Origin: Nitrosopumilaceae archaeon
GTDB taxonomy: Archaea > Thermoproteota > Nitrososphaeria > Nitrososphaerales > Nitrosopumilaceae
Length of the DNA stretch: 64,000 bases
Assembly (NCBI GenBank): GCA_965207375.1
Contig: OZ242274.1
Coordinates: 1,984,001 to 2,048,000, forward strand
Direction: 5' to 3'
The notes below the pieces were generated by a model. The model saw only the letters and a program-made list of their open reading frames with translations. It had not been told where the DNA came from and did no database searches. Positions 1-10,803 of the stretch are shown here, in pieces. A program made the translations under genes and the position numbers. Positions within the stretch are counted from its first letter, which is position 1; the number at the start of each line of letters is the position of its first letter.

Positions 1-2
1 CA

Positions 3-188
3 AAAATTAGCATATTTGGAGATGCTGCAATAGTTGCATTTGAGCTGATGCAAAAAGGAATGCTAGTAGACAACAAGGCATTCACAGGTGAACACATAAT
101 TATCAATGGACGGGCAACATTTGTTCTAGTAAAATATGACACTTGGAAAATAGTACACATTCATCTCTCAAAAACAGGTGACAGTTAG
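3..188 (+). CDS. NTF2/SnoaL-like protein, C-terminal part (truncated by window edge)
   Basis: Manual translation KISIFGDAAIVAFEL...GRATFVLVKYDTWKIVHIHLS* fits the GD.A...R.T.V....W.I.H.H.S end pattern of SnoaL/DUF4440 proteins. Confidence 0.7.
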   Translation, partial: KISIFGDAAIVAFELMQKGMLVDNKAFTGEHIIINGRATFVLVKYDTWKIVHIHLSKTGDS

Positions 189-189
189 A

Positions 190-990
190 TTATTTTTTTG
201 ATTTGGGTTCTTTGCAAAGTTTTTGATACATAGAATATGCCTCATCAACAGTTGCGTTGCCGTGAACAATTGCCTTTACGGCACGAATCATTGCAACCGG
301 ATAGTCAGACTGCCAGATGTTTCTACCCATGTCGACGCCTACTGCGCCTGCCTTTACTGCATTGTATGTTAGATTCATGGCATCGCGTTCCGGTATTTTT
401 TTGCCGCCTGCAACAATGACTGGAACCGGGCAAGAGTCCACAACCTTTTCAAAATGGTCACAGTGATACGTCTTGACAATGTGGGCACCTTGCTCTGCTG
501 CAATTCGGCAAGCCAAAGACAGGTATCTTGCATCCTTTCCTAGTTCTTTGCCTACTGCTGTCACAGCTAAAACAGGAGTGCCGTATCGTTCTGCCTCGTT
601 GACGAGTCTGCCTAAATTAACAATTGTCTGATTTTCATATTTTGAGCCTACAAATATAGACATTGCCAATGCACTAGCGTTGAGACGAATTGCGTCCTCC
701 ACATTTACAGTTATTTGCTCTTGGGACAAATCCTCTCCGATGATGCTTGCACCTCCGGATACACGCAGTACCATGGGTACAGAGGTATTTGGGTCAACAG
801 ATGTCCTTTGTATTCCCCTAGTCAGCATTAAAGAATCACAGTATTTTAACAGTGGAAGAATTGTTTTTTTTGTATTTTCTAATCTTTCGGTGGGGCCCAA
901 AAAGTATCCATGATCTACTGCCAACATCAATGCACGATTATCATGCGGTTTTATTATACCTGCAATTCTATTTTGCAATCCCCAGCTCAT
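190..990 (-). CDS. lsrF: LsrF-like DhnA-family class I aldolase/thiolase
   Basis: MSWGLQNR start, LAVDHGYFLGP, GAHIVKTY Schiff-base Lys, IVAGG and GVDMGRNIWQ motifs. Confidence 0.85.
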   Translation of the reverse strand: MSWGLQNRIAGIIKPHDNRALMLAVDHGYFLGPTERLENTKKTILPLLKYCDSLMLTRGIQRTSVDPNTSVPMVLRVSGGASIIGEDLSQEQITVNVEDAIRLNASALAMSIFVGSKYENQTIVNLGRLVNEAERYGTPVLAVTAVGKELGKDARYLSLACRIAAEQGAHIVKTYHCDHFEKVVDSCPVPVIVAGGKKIPERDAMNLTYNAVKAGAVGVDMGRNIWQSDYPVAMIRAVKAIVHGNATVDEAYSMYQKLCKEPKSKK

Positions 991-1150
991 TTGTCATCGA
1001 TTTTGACATGCCTTTCTTAAGCCTTTCTTATTGAGTTTCTGTCTTGTCTCAATTTGCCCCTAGTGCAAATTGCCAATGTGGTATATCCTAAATATGACAA
1101 ATCACACATGACACCACCACATGTTTGGTCTTTTAATCAGCAAAATAAAA

Positions 1151-1225
1151 CGGGCCCGACCGGATTCGAACCGGCGACCTAACGCTCCGCAAGCGTTCGC
1201 ACTATCCATGCTATGCAACGAGCCC
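1151..1225 (-). tRNA. tRNA-Arg(GCG)
   Basis: Reverse complement folds as a cloverleaf: GGGCTCG acceptor, AACGC-TTGCGGA-GCGTT anticodon arm, GGTTCGAATCC T arm. Confidence 0.95.
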
Positions 1226-1484
1226 AAAAAGGTTACAATCTTTAGGCTTAATGTGGATTGCGATTAAAATTCTAAACGTCTTTATGTTTGTTAAAAGACT
1301 TGGCTCAAATGTTACTGAAATACATGTTGTGATAATTTTGTGTGCACGTGCTCTGAATTTTTTGTATCATGTTTTGTATTGCCCTCTGTAAAATATGCAC
1401 ATATAGATTCATCCACATGTGTGTTTGCCAAAAATCATGCATGTTGAAACAATTTTAGACGGTATGGATAATTTTATCAGCAGA

Positions 1485-2216
1485 TCATGCTTCTTTTTGT
1501 GCCTTTGCTACAAAAACATAATTCATGATTAGGCCTGCAATGATGCCTCCAAGAATTGGGGCTGCCCAATATAACCAATGAAATTCCCAGAATCCTGAAA
1601 TGAGTGCAGGACCAAAGGTTCTTGCAGGATTTACAGATGCTCCAGTTAATGGAACACCTACCAAGTGAATTAAAAATGCCATTCCACCAATAGTAAAGCC
1701 GTGCCATCCAGGAGATGCCTTTTTGTGAACGGCAGTCATAAAAATTACTGTAACTAGGAAAAATGTCAAAATTGCTTCTACTGCAAATCCTGAGCTAACA
1801 CTGTTATTGAGAAGGTCACTAGGTCCGCCTTGAGTTGCAAAGTTTACCTTGGCACCAAGTTCTGGCAATATTACTTTAAGTGATGCAGCAGCTGCTACTG
1901 CACCAATTAACTGGAAAGCGATATACATCACGCCGTCGGTAATACCTATTTTACGTGTAATCATCATCGGAATTGTAACTGCAGGGTTGATGTGAGCACC
2001 TGAGACATGTCCAAATGCGTAGATCATCAATGCTATGATACCTCCATGGCCCAAAGAAATGAACAGGACAGATATGGTTGTTAATTCTTCACCAAAAGAT
2101 GCGATGGCCAAAATTACAGACAGTGGTCCAAAAAATACTAGAGCATAAGTTGAGATCGCCTCTGCAAGCCATGCTCTCGGATTAGTCATTATACGTTCAG
2201 CCAAAAAATGTTCCAT
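1485..2216 (-). CDS. MIP family channel (aquaporin); true start may be the downstream Met (MTNPRAW)
   Basis: Two NPA motifs (SGAHINPAVT, ASVNPARTFGP) and six hydrophobic segments. Confidence 0.95.
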   Translation of the reverse strand: MEHFLAERIMTNPRAWLAEAISTYALVFFGPLSVILAIASFGEELTTISVLFISLGHGGIIALMIYAFGHVSGAHINPAVTIPMMITRKIGITDGVMYIAFQLIGAVAAAASLKVILPELGAKVNFATQGGPSDLLNNSVSSGFAVEAILTFFLVTVIFMTAVHKKASPGWHGFTIGGMAFLIHLVGVPLTGASVNPARTFGPALISGFWEFHWLYWAAPILGGIIAGLIMNYVFVAKAQKEA

Positions 2217-2402
2217 TTAAAACATTCGAACTAGATATGCCTAAGAGACAGGGTTTGCCGATCACTTATTTTGATTCTAGGCACTGTTGACATAAACTCA
2301 CCATGTCGAATCTAGCCTCTTACTATACCATCAAGATTTTCTAAAATACTAGACAAGACAATATTAAAAAATAATTAATTAGGCATAATACAAACACAGA
2401 AT

Positions 2403-2864
2403 ATGATTAAAGAGGGTGCAAGTGTACCAAAATTTGTAGTAAAAGACGCACGTGGAAAAACCGTAAAATCTTCAGATTTTAAGGGCAAAAAGCATGTATT
2501 TTATTTTTATCCAAAAGATTTTACACCGGGATGCACTACAGAGGCAGATGAATTCTCAAGAGATTATCAGAAATTCATAAAGGCAGGTATTGAAATTGTC
2601 GGTATTAGTCCAGATGACGTAGATTCACACAAAAAATTCTGTGACAAGATGAATATCAAATATCCTCTTTTGGCAGACACTCAAAAAGAGATATCCAAGT
2701 CCTTTGGAGTATGGGGGCTAAAAAAATTCATGGGTAAAGAGTACATGGGAGTTGTACGAAGTACGTTTTTGGCAGATGAGAAAGGTAAAATCTTCAAAGT
2801 ATTTCCAAAGGTAAAGCCTGCAGGTCATGCCAAAGAGGTTCTAGAATCATTTGATATAAAATAA
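2403..2864 (+). CDS. bcp: Thioredoxin-dependent peroxiredoxin (BCP/PrxQ)
   Basis: YFYPKDFTPGCTTE motif, GIS.D, RSTFL. Confidence 0.93.
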   Translation: MIKEGASVPKFVVKDARGKTVKSSDFKGKKHVFYFYPKDFTPGCTTEADEFSRDYQKFIKAGIEIVGISPDDVDSHKKFCDKMNIKYPLLADTQKEISKSFGVWGLKKFMGKEYMGVVRSTFLADEKGKIFKVFPKVKPAGHAKEVLESFDIK

Positions 2865-2885
2865 GTAAAAAGAAGTTTTTGGGGG

Positions 2886-3893
2886 TTAGAAACCCTTTGG
2901 CAACGTACCCCTAGACTGTGGTTTTTCTTCTGCCGGTGATTCTTGTGGCTTGAAGCCTTTTGGTAAGGTTCCACGAGTTTGAGAGGTTTTAGCTTGTGCT
3001 TGTGCGGCTGCTTGTGCGGCTGCTGCGGCATCTGCTCTTTGTTGTTCTAATCTTGCAAGATAATTTTTTTCGTAATTTTCAAGCTGCTCTTGTTTGGATT
3101 TTTCATCACGGGTACTGGTTTCAACCTGTGGTGGTGGAGCCTGTTGTGATGTTTGTTCCATGCCTTTTGGCAAAGTTCCTTTTGGTTTTGGAGACTCTGC
3201 AGGTGGCGGAGCACTTTGTGTTTCTACTGCAACACCGTCAGCCTTCATATCGTATCCTGTGAATGTTTTCTCAGGTGGATGATATGCCAATCTTGCCCTT
3301 GTTGCAAAGTATTGGTTTGAGGGCTGCGTATAGCCTGCAACCGTAGCCTTTTGTGAGTGCCAGCTCGTTGTTGTAACTGTACCTACAGGAGCAGTTCTTC
3401 TAACAAAGTATCGGTTTGGTGCTGGAGTATATCCTGTTACCTTTGCACGATACTGGTGAAAATCAGTCATGGCTGCGTTTTGATACGCATGCTCTAATGC
3501 CTGATTGACAGTGGTCGGAGAAGTGTCTGCCTGTTCTGGAGCAGTTTGTTGAGGCGTAGGTGGCTCCATTCCCTTTGGCAGTGTTGGTTTTGGTTTGGCC
3601 TCTGCCGGTGGTGGAGTTGGTTTTGTCTCTGCTGGTTTTGTTCCCTTTGGCAGTGTTGGCTTTGGTTTGGCCTCTGCCGGTGGTGGAGTTGGTTTTGTCT
3701 CTGCTGGTTTTGTTCCCTTTGGCAGTGTTGGCTTTGGTTTGGCCTCTTCTGGCTTTGCAGGTTTCTGTGTTGGTTTTGGTGGTTGTTTTGATTCAATTTG
3801 TGCAGATAGATTTGATAATTTCTTTTCTAATGCTGCAATCTTATCTTCAAGATCTTTTTTAGTCTGGCGTGTGCTTGTCTTCTTAGTAGCCAT
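2886..3893 (-). CDS. Pro/Lys/Gln-rich low-complexity protein with N-terminal coiled coil and repeated TLPKG motif
   Basis: Long ORF, likely start MATKKTS at 3893; six TLPKG motifs; two internal GYT.P.N.YF repeats. Confidence 0.75.
   Translation of the reverse strand: MATKKTSTRQTKKDLEDKIAALEKKLSNLSAQIESKQPPKPTQKPAKPEEAKPKPTLPKGTKPAETKPTPPPAEAKPKPTLPKGTKPAETKPTPPPAEAKPKPTLPKGMEPPTPQQTAPEQADTSPTTVNQALEHAYQNAAMTDFHQYRAKVTGYTPAPNRYFVRRTAPVGTVTTTSWHSQKATVAGYTQPSNQYFATRARLAYHPPEKTFTGYDMKADGVAVETQSAPPPAESPKPKGTLPKGMEQTSQQAPPPQVETSTRDEKSKQEQLENYEKNYLARLEQQRADAAAAAQAAAQAQAKTSQTRGTLPKGFKPQESPAEEKPQSRGTLPKGF
3571..3747. repeat. 72-bp tandem repeat, ~2.5 copies (24-aa unit KPKPTLPKGTKPAETKPTPPPAEA)
   Basis: ccctttggcagtgttgg recurs at 3571, 3643 and 3715. 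Confidence 0.9.
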
Positions 3894-5182
3894 GTAAATT
3901 TTATACAATATACATAGTTTATTTACATTTTGATGAAGGAGGTACAAACTCTTGCCTATATTCTAGACACAGCATATGAATCGATGCGTAAATTTTGAAA
4001 AATTTGGACAAAAGCACATCTAATTAGATTTTAACGCGATCTACTCTCATATTGATCGTATATGCCAAAGATAAGAGATACGATCATATCAGATATTATA
4101 TGCGGCAAACAAAATATGTGATTTTTTTTTGTTTTGGCCAAGATGTTAGCATCATGTTCAGATTTGTGTCATTTTAGGAATTTCATGTCAAAAGTTACCA
4201 TAATTTCAAAACAACGCTAGTTGTCTTTAAACGACTGTCTAGATGTTGCAAGACTGTAATACAGTAAAGCAAAATTAATCTAAGATTTTTCAAAAAAACT
4301 AACAAGATTTTATGTGCCATATATTGTGGATAGGCCAAGTTATACAAATGTTGAGATTAATATGCAGGGTATAGTTGCAACGTCTGTTTGATTTTACAGA
4401 TTGTTTTTTGACATACTCTATCGTGTGGTGTGTTTTTAAATCAAATTAATAAAACAACTAGTGTTAAATTTTTGCCAATGAACATATTTTGGTATGAGTA
4501 CAAAATCCACATGGGCATGTATAGGATGTTTAGTTTTTATCTCTGAAATATCCTGCTAGTAATTTTAACTGCAATTACTTAATTTTACATTTTGTACATT
4601 TGATCATGTGATAGAATCTGGTTTTTTGGAGGATGTACTTTTGGATTTGTTCCTTGAAATTAATTTTCTTTTGCATGTCGTGTTTTTTATGACATGAAAA
4701 TTGAGCTTACAAAATATATCATCATAAAATGTTGTAACTTTTCTAAACACATGCAGGTATTGCAGTGTCATCCTGCAATATTTATTTCGTTTAACAGATA
4801 ACTGTTTTTAATTTAATTTATTTTTATGAATATTCTTGCTAAAATCACGTTACAGTTTGCTTGATCATAAGAGATATCCAAGTTACGTCTTGTTTGGATC
4901 ACTATGATTTGAAAAATTGATTTGTCTAGTTATCATCAGTTATAGGACATGGCATAACAACAAATTTAAAATTTACAAAATATATTTTATGTGCAATTTG
5001 ATCAATTCAAAATAAAATTTTGATTAGAAACTAAAAATTGAGTATTTTTGATTCAAAATTCGATTATACACAAGATCTAATCTCAACATTGCTAGACTAA
5101 AATTATATTGTAGTGAGTCAAGGTTGCCAAAACACGACTACAATATTGAGACAATTTGCAAGATAAGATAGTGTTGAATTTG

Positions 5183-5305
5183 TGGTCCCAAGCGAAGGAA
5201 TTGAACCTTCGACAACCCGGTTTCTGTATGCCTGATATGCTGTTTTACGGTCAGCCAGAGCCGACATCTACAGCCGGAAGCTCTACCAGGCTGAGCTAGC
5301 TTGGG
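5183..5305 (-). tRNA. tRNA-Tyr(GTA) with intron at 37/38 and encoded CCA
   Basis: Reverse complement: CCCAAGC acceptor (C1:G72), CCGG-CT-GTA, ~45-nt intron, GGTTCAATTCC, ends ACCA. Confidence 0.93.
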
Positions 5306-5406
5306 ACAGATTTTTGGATGTACCATTGTATTAAATAACTATCGCAGATTCATTTCCGATCTTTTTTCAAGAACTGTTAAATACTAAATTCAGGATCGAT
5401 GATCCT

Positions 5407-6015
5407 GTGGCCAAACAAGAATTAACCAATGGCTATGTATGTTATCCATATAATCATACTCACGACTCTATCGAATTAAAAGAGTCTTGGGAAAAGTCTC
5501 GCAATATTGAATCGATGTATTTTGTAACGGCTACATTTTCTGGCAATAGCAAACCGTACTTTACAAACAGTTCCAATCACTATCTTCTTGCCAGATTCAA
5601 AGATAGTAACATTTTATCTGATGACGTTTCAAATCATAAGCAAAAAGAGGAATCGTTTGTTTTTAGTATAGACGATGATCTTTTTGAGCGCGAGGTTGAT
5701 GGAACCATGAACTTTGTGTCAGTATATTATCTAGAATATGGAGAATCCGGAGATGATGTTTCTGAAATTGCAAATGTTGTGGCAAAAAGAGAAAAGATAG
5801 CAAGGGCAGGAGTAGGCCACATGGATCTTTACTGTACAGAATCACCAAAATTTACTTTTCCTTACAGTAACAGCATTGTTGTTTTAGAGGTATCTAGTGA
5901 GAAAAGTCATCAAAGTGTAAACAAATATTGTGAAAAAACTAGATCAGATGTAAATCGTAGAGGATACTCGTTAACTAATTTGGTCGGATTGTCAATTCTT
6001 GAAAAACTAAAATAA
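5407..6015 (+). CDS. Hypothetical protein
   Basis: 202-aa ORF with normal composition directly upstream of aIF5A. Confidence 0.7.
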   Translation: MAKQELTNGYVCYPYNHTHDSIELKESWEKSRNIESMYFVTATFSGNSKPYFTNSSNHYLLARFKDSNILSDDVSNHKQKEESFVFSIDDDLFEREVDGTMNFVSVYYLEYGESGDDVSEIANVVAKREKIARAGVGHMDLYCTESPKFTFPYSNSIVVLEVSSEKSHQSVNKYCEKTRSDVNRRGYSLTNLVGLSILEKLK

Positions 6016-6050
6016 AAAGGTTAAATATTCCACAAAAACCTGAGAACAAT

Positions 6051-6461
6051 ATGAGCAAGCCAATGGATTTAGGTTCTTTAAAAATAGGTTCTTACATCTT
6101 GCTGCCCGTAGGTGATCAAGCCACAGGAGAACCATGTAGAATTTCAGAATATGACACATCAAAACCCGGAAAGCATGGTGCTGCTAAAGCACGAATTGTA
6201 GGAGTCGGGGTGTTTGACAATCAGAAAAGACCACATGTTGGTCCGGTCAGTATGCAGGTACATGTACCACTAATCGACAAGAGGACCGGTCAGATCATCT
6301 CCATTATAGGTGAGACATATCAACTAATGGATTCTGAAACTTTTGAAACAGTTGATGTGTCACAAATAGATGATGAAATAAACGGAAAATTAGAAAACGG
6401 CCAAAATGTTGAATATTGGAAGGTAATGAATAGAACCAAAATCATGCGAATTAAAAACTAG
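6051..6461 (+). CDS. eif5a: Translation factor aIF5A
   Basis: Hypusine-site motif SKPGKHGAAK. Confidence 0.97.
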   Translation: MSKPMDLGSLKIGSYILLPVGDQATGEPCRISEYDTSKPGKHGAAKARIVGVGVFDNQKRPHVGPVSMQVHVPLIDKRTGQIISIIGETYQLMDSETFETVDVSQIDDEINGKLENGQNVEYWKVMNRTKIMRIKN

Positions 6462-6996
6462 TCATATTACCAATACGTTCTGTGTCAGCAAAATGCAATT
6501 ATGGCACTATCAAGTCAGCAAATTATCAATTTGAAGGTTCAGAGTTTAGAAAATAATCCAGTCATTTAATTATAGGATACGGCACATAGGCATATAGTTC
6601 TACATCAAATATGCCAATAACACAGGTTTAGTAAAAGACTGCAGTCAGGTTACAGTCTATCTTTTTTTGACACGCAAAATATGATATCTTCCAAGGATGC
6701 AGGATTCAAGAAATACAAGACACTACAGTAAGCTGACACAAAAACAGAGACTAGACAAAAGATGCTTGCTGCAAATGTATACTGTATTTGATTCTATACG
6801 TAGTTTGAGTGCTTTTTGTACGAGTGTCACCATCATGTTCAGAATTTAAGATTTTATCAAAAACAGAACTGCATCTAGTTTGGCAGAAAACTTGTGCTAC
6901 ATATGAAAAACACAATACGATACAGACGTGACGATCTTGTAAATTTTCTATCACTTGTACAATAGAGTAATTAATCAGGGCAAAATTCGATAATTA

Positions 6997-7722
6997 ATGC
7001 AAAGAGAAAAATTTCCCGAAGCTCAGGTTTTTGATATTAATCAAAAGGAGTTGAAAAATCCAATAATATTTGCAGGATTTGTGGGTGCAGGACTAGTAGG
7101 CCCATTAGCAGTAGGTCAAATAATTAAGGAATTAGAAATGGAGGAAATAGGATACATGAGATCAAAATATCTTCCACCATCAACCGTATTTTTACGAGGC
7201 CGGTTGAGACATCCGTTTCGATTTTATTCAAATAAGGAAGGTACAATATGCGCAGTAATTTGCGAGATTACACTAAGAATGAAAGGACTATACACGATAG
7301 TTGCAGAGATATTAGACTGGGCAAAATCAAAAGGATCAAACGAAATAATAATTTTAGACGGAGTTGCAAGTGATGAGCACGACGATAAAGCATACTGTGC
7401 AGCAGAAGAGGATCTGTGTAGAGTAATGGCAGACAAGGACATAAGCTTGATTCCACAAGGATTTATCACAGGAATTCCAGGAGGAATTCTAAATGAGTGT
7501 CTGGTAAGAGATATTCAAGGTATAACATTGCTAGTCAAAGCAAATAAAGAACAAACGGATCCAATTGCAGCAATTACGCTAATTAAAGCAGTAAACAGAT
7601 TGTACGAAACAAACATCAACGTAGATGATCTCAAAAAAGAGGAAGAGAAAATCGAAGAATTTCAGGAATTGTCTCAAAAATACACAGAGCATAGAGAAGA
7701 GTTATCAGGAATGTACATGTAA
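6997..7722 (+). CDS. PAC2-family proteasome assembly chaperone
   Basis: AGFVGAGLVG, HPFRFY, GFITGIPGGIL motifs and a C-terminal MYM HbYX-like tail. Confidence 0.88.
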   Translation: MQREKFPEAQVFDINQKELKNPIIFAGFVGAGLVGPLAVGQIIKELEMEEIGYMRSKYLPPSTVFLRGRLRHPFRFYSNKEGTICAVICEITLRMKGLYTIVAEILDWAKSKGSNEIIILDGVASDEHDDKAYCAAEEDLCRVMADKDISLIPQGFITGIPGGILNECLVRDIQGITLLVKANKEQTDPIAAITLIKAVNRLYETNINVDDLKKEEEKIEEFQELSQKYTEHREELSGMYM

Positions 7723-7759
7723 GCAAATTCTTTTATGGTTACTAGAGGGTTTTGAGTCA

Positions 7760-8776
7760 ATGGTTCTATCATACAAAAAAGCAGGAGTAGACATTTCAAA
7801 AATTAAAAAAAGTCAGGCATCAATAGGCAAACTGATAAGATCTACACACAAACTACAGAAACTAGCAAGGATAGAACATGGATTCGGACATTATGCAGGA
7901 ATCATAAAGGTTGCAGGAAAAATGTCAATTGCGACACATACAGACGGGGTGGGCACCAAGGTCCTAATTGCAAATGCCATGAAAAAATACGATACCATTG
8001 GAATAGATTGTGTAGCAATGAATGTAAATGACATTATATGTATTGGTGCAACTCCGATTGCTTTTGTAGATTATATTGCAGCCAACAAAAACGATGAGGT
8101 AATTTTTAGACAAATCGTAAAAGGTTTGGTTGCAGGAGCAAAAAAATCCAAAATGCCAATTGTTGGAGGAGAAACTGCAATTATGCCGGATCTAATTGCA
8201 GGCAAAGGGTTTTCATTTGATCTGGCAGGAATGGTTACAGGTTATGTAAATAAGGAGATGATCTTGGGAGACAAAATAAAACCAGGAGACGCAATAATTG
8301 GCGTAAAAAGTACTGGAATTCACTCCAACGGCTATTCACTGGCAAGAAAGGCACTAAAAAAATACTCTATAAAAGACAATGTCCGAGGAGTCGGAAACAT
8401 AGGCTCTGCACTGCTCAAACCAACTCAGATCTATACACAGCCAGTATTAGAAATAATTGATAAATGCAGTGTCAACGGATTGGCCCACATAACAGGTGGA
8501 GCATTTACCAAACTGTTGAGATTAAAAAATATAGGATATGAGATAGATGTCTTACCAAAAATGCCCCCAATAATGAAGCTAATTGCAGACCAAGGAGTAA
8601 AAGACGAGGAGATGTACAAGACGTTTAATATGGGAGTGGGATTTTGTGTTGTTGCCTCAAAGGAGCAAATAGACAGGATTCAGTCCATATTCAAAAGGTA
8701 TAAAATCCAGAGTCAGCAGATTGGCAGAATTGTTGCAAGGAAAGGAGTCACAGTAAACTCTAAAAAAATCGCATAA
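7760..8776 (+). CDS. purM: Phosphoribosylformylglycinamidine cyclo-ligase (AIR synthase)
   Basis: SYKKAGVD, TDGVGTK, GGETA, GIHSNGYS, AHITGG, TFNMGVG; start set at ATG 7760. Confidence 0.97.
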   Translation: MVLSYKKAGVDISKIKKSQASIGKLIRSTHKLQKLARIEHGFGHYAGIIKVAGKMSIATHTDGVGTKVLIANAMKKYDTIGIDCVAMNVNDIICIGATPIAFVDYIAANKNDEVIFRQIVKGLVAGAKKSKMPIVGGETAIMPDLIAGKGFSFDLAGMVTGYVNKEMILGDKIKPGDAIIGVKSTGIHSNGYSLARKALKKYSIKDNVRGVGNIGSALLKPTQIYTQPVLEIIDKCSVNGLAHITGGAFTKLLRLKNIGYEIDVLPKMPPIMKLIADQGVKDEEMYKTFNMGVGFCVVASKEQIDRIQSIFKRYKIQSQQIGRIVARKGVTVNSKKIA

Positions 8777-8850
8777 TGTACAATACAAGGTTGATTTTTT
8801 ACAAATAATCCATCCTTATATTGCCCAATTCATGACCAAAATATGGAAAA

Positions 8851-10143
8851 ATGGCAGCAGAAGCACACTTTATTCAGATTATCATAGGCGTGGGAATACT
8901 CTTGTTTGCAGCCAAAATAATGGCAGAGATATTTCTTAGATTAAAACTTCCAATTGTCCTAGGCGAATTACTAGCAGGTATGATTATTGGTCCGTTTGCA
9001 TTGGGATCATTTCTGATTTGGGACGGAGAGCACATTTTGCATATAGGACCAGAAATTAAGACGCTAGGAGAGATAGGCGCAATAGTCATTTTATTTATGG
9101 CAGGCCTTGAGATGACACCCAAGGAATTCCTAAAGGGTGGAAAGGCTTCGTTTACTGTTGGAACACTAGGTGTAGTGATCCCATTTTTTGCAGGTTTGAT
9201 GGTGTTCCAATTTTTTGGATACGATGCACTTCAATCTATGATGATTGCAACTGCGCTTACTGCAACAAGTATTGCAATTTCAATTCAAGTGCTAAGTGAA
9301 TTTGGAAAAATAAAAACGCCAGAGGCCAGATTGATTATCGGTGCAGCAGTAGTAGATGATATTTTAGCCATTGCGGTGCTGTCAGTTGTTTCATCAATTG
9401 CAGCAGATGGTCAGGGGGTAGAAAACATAGACATAACAGAGGTTACAATTACAATTCTCAAGGTACTTGGATTCTTTGCCGTAATGTTAGTTGCAGCAGT
9501 ATTTTTGGTGCCAAAATTTGTAACACCAAAGCTGTGGAAGGCAAAGGGAAGTGTGGAAGGCATTGCGACTGCGGTTTTTTTTGGGGCAGCAGCATTGGCA
9601 GGCTCCATCGGGCTATCGCCAATCGTCGGCGCCTTTGCGGTGGGAATGGCACTGTCAACTACCAAAGTGTTTGAAAAGGTCGAAAATTATATTGAAAAGG
9701 TAGGCCTCATATTTGCACCCCTATTCTTTGCAATAATAGGAGCTCAAGTGGACTTTACCAGCGTAGACTTGAATGTTTTGATGTTGAGTGGAGTCGTAAT
9801 AGTCATAGCAGTGGTAACAAAATTATTTGGTTGTGGACTTCCTGCTGCCTTGTTTCTCAAAAATAAAAGACAGGGAATGCGTGTTGGAATAGGTATGATC
9901 TCCAGAGGAGAGGTCGGATTAATTGTTGCAGGTGTGGGGGTTTCATTGAGCATATTAAACTCAGAGGTATACTCTACAATTGTCCTAATGGTGGCAGTCA
10001 CAACAATAATCACGCCAATTTGGTTAAAAATGGAATACCGAAAAGAGTTGCAGAAACAAGGAGACGGACTGCCAGCTACACGTCAAGACCCAGATGAGGA
10101 AGACGGTTCAACAGGTGACAAGGTCACGCATCAAACGAGATAG
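8851..10143 (+). CDS. CPA2-family cation/proton antiporter
   Basis: LFMAGLE, TATS, GAAVVDD, RGEVGL motifs; many TM segments. Confidence 0.93.
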   Translation: MAAEAHFIQIIIGVGILLFAAKIMAEIFLRLKLPIVLGELLAGMIIGPFALGSFLIWDGEHILHIGPEIKTLGEIGAIVILFMAGLEMTPKEFLKGGKASFTVGTLGVVIPFFAGLMVFQFFGYDALQSMMIATALTATSIAISIQVLSEFGKIKTPEARLIIGAAVVDDILAIAVLSVVSSIAADGQGVENIDITEVTITILKVLGFFAVMLVAAVFLVPKFVTPKLWKAKGSVEGIATAVFFGAAALAGSIGLSPIVGAFAVGMALSTTKVFEKVENYIEKVGLIFAPLFFAIIGAQVDFTSVDLNVLMLSGVVIVIAVVTKLFGCGLPAALFLKNKRQGMRVGIGMISRGEVGLIVAGVGVSLSILNSEVYSTIVLMVAVTTIITPIWLKMEYRKELQKQGDGLPATRQDPDEEDGSTGDKVTHQTR

Positions 10144-10257
10144 TCCAATATACGTATAAGATCAAGTTTTACCATCAAAATAACATAGTAATTTCATAAA
10201 ATACTGCCAAACTAGGAGCAAAGCCACTATTGCAAGTCTGATATACACATGAGCCGA

Positions 10258-10692
10258 TCACAGATGCAGTTCAAATGATACTGCGTGTTTTGTAAAACCC
10301 ACATGTGTATAAAATTCATGGGACTGTTTTCTATTCATGCCAGACTCTAGTCTTATTCTATAGCATTTGTCTTTTGCAAGTTCTATACATGCACAGATTA
10401 GCTTGCCTCCAATACCTTGTTTTTGATATTTTTCAGACACTACCAGCTCAGGAATGTACAGTTCGGTTTTTGTATGATTAAGGCGCCTAAGATACATAAT
10501 CGATACCATTCCAAGTAAAATATCACCACGTGTGGCAACTAAAATATCAGAGTCAGCAGAGATTATACAGTCAAGTACCATTTGAGAAAATTGGTCTACA
10601 TTATTATCTGGTTTTGGACGTCCCAGATAGTATAACAGATCTAGTATTGCATGTATGTCGTTTTTTGAGGCCTTGCGTATTATACACTCCAC
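10258..10692 (-). CDS. GNAT family N-acetyltransferase
   Basis: IRKA...D, LVVSEKYQKQGIGGKL (motif A), HEFY..VGF; probable GTG start at 10692. Confidence 0.88.
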   Translation of the reverse strand: MECIIRKASKNDIHAILDLLYYLGRPKPDNNVDQFSQMVLDCIISADSDILVATRGDILLGMVSIMYLRRLNHTKTELYIPELVVSEKYQKQGIGGKLICACIELAKDKCYRIRLESGMNRKQSHEFYTHVGFTKHAVSFELHL

Positions 10693-10803
10693 AATGTAAG
10701 AATACAGTTTGGATAAAAATAGTTTTAAAAATTTGGTAACTATTAACGTCATACCTAGATTTTGCTCTATTTTTTGAAATTTCATGCCTAAAATACCATA
10801 AAT

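Noticed and set aside
3950-5140. Replication origin
   Set aside because: No recognisable ORB repeats and no adjacent cdc6/orc1
6725-6840. Possible TnpB N-terminal remnant (MVTLVQKALKLRIES) on the minus strand
   Set aside because: Too short, with no RuvC or Zn-finger remnants visible
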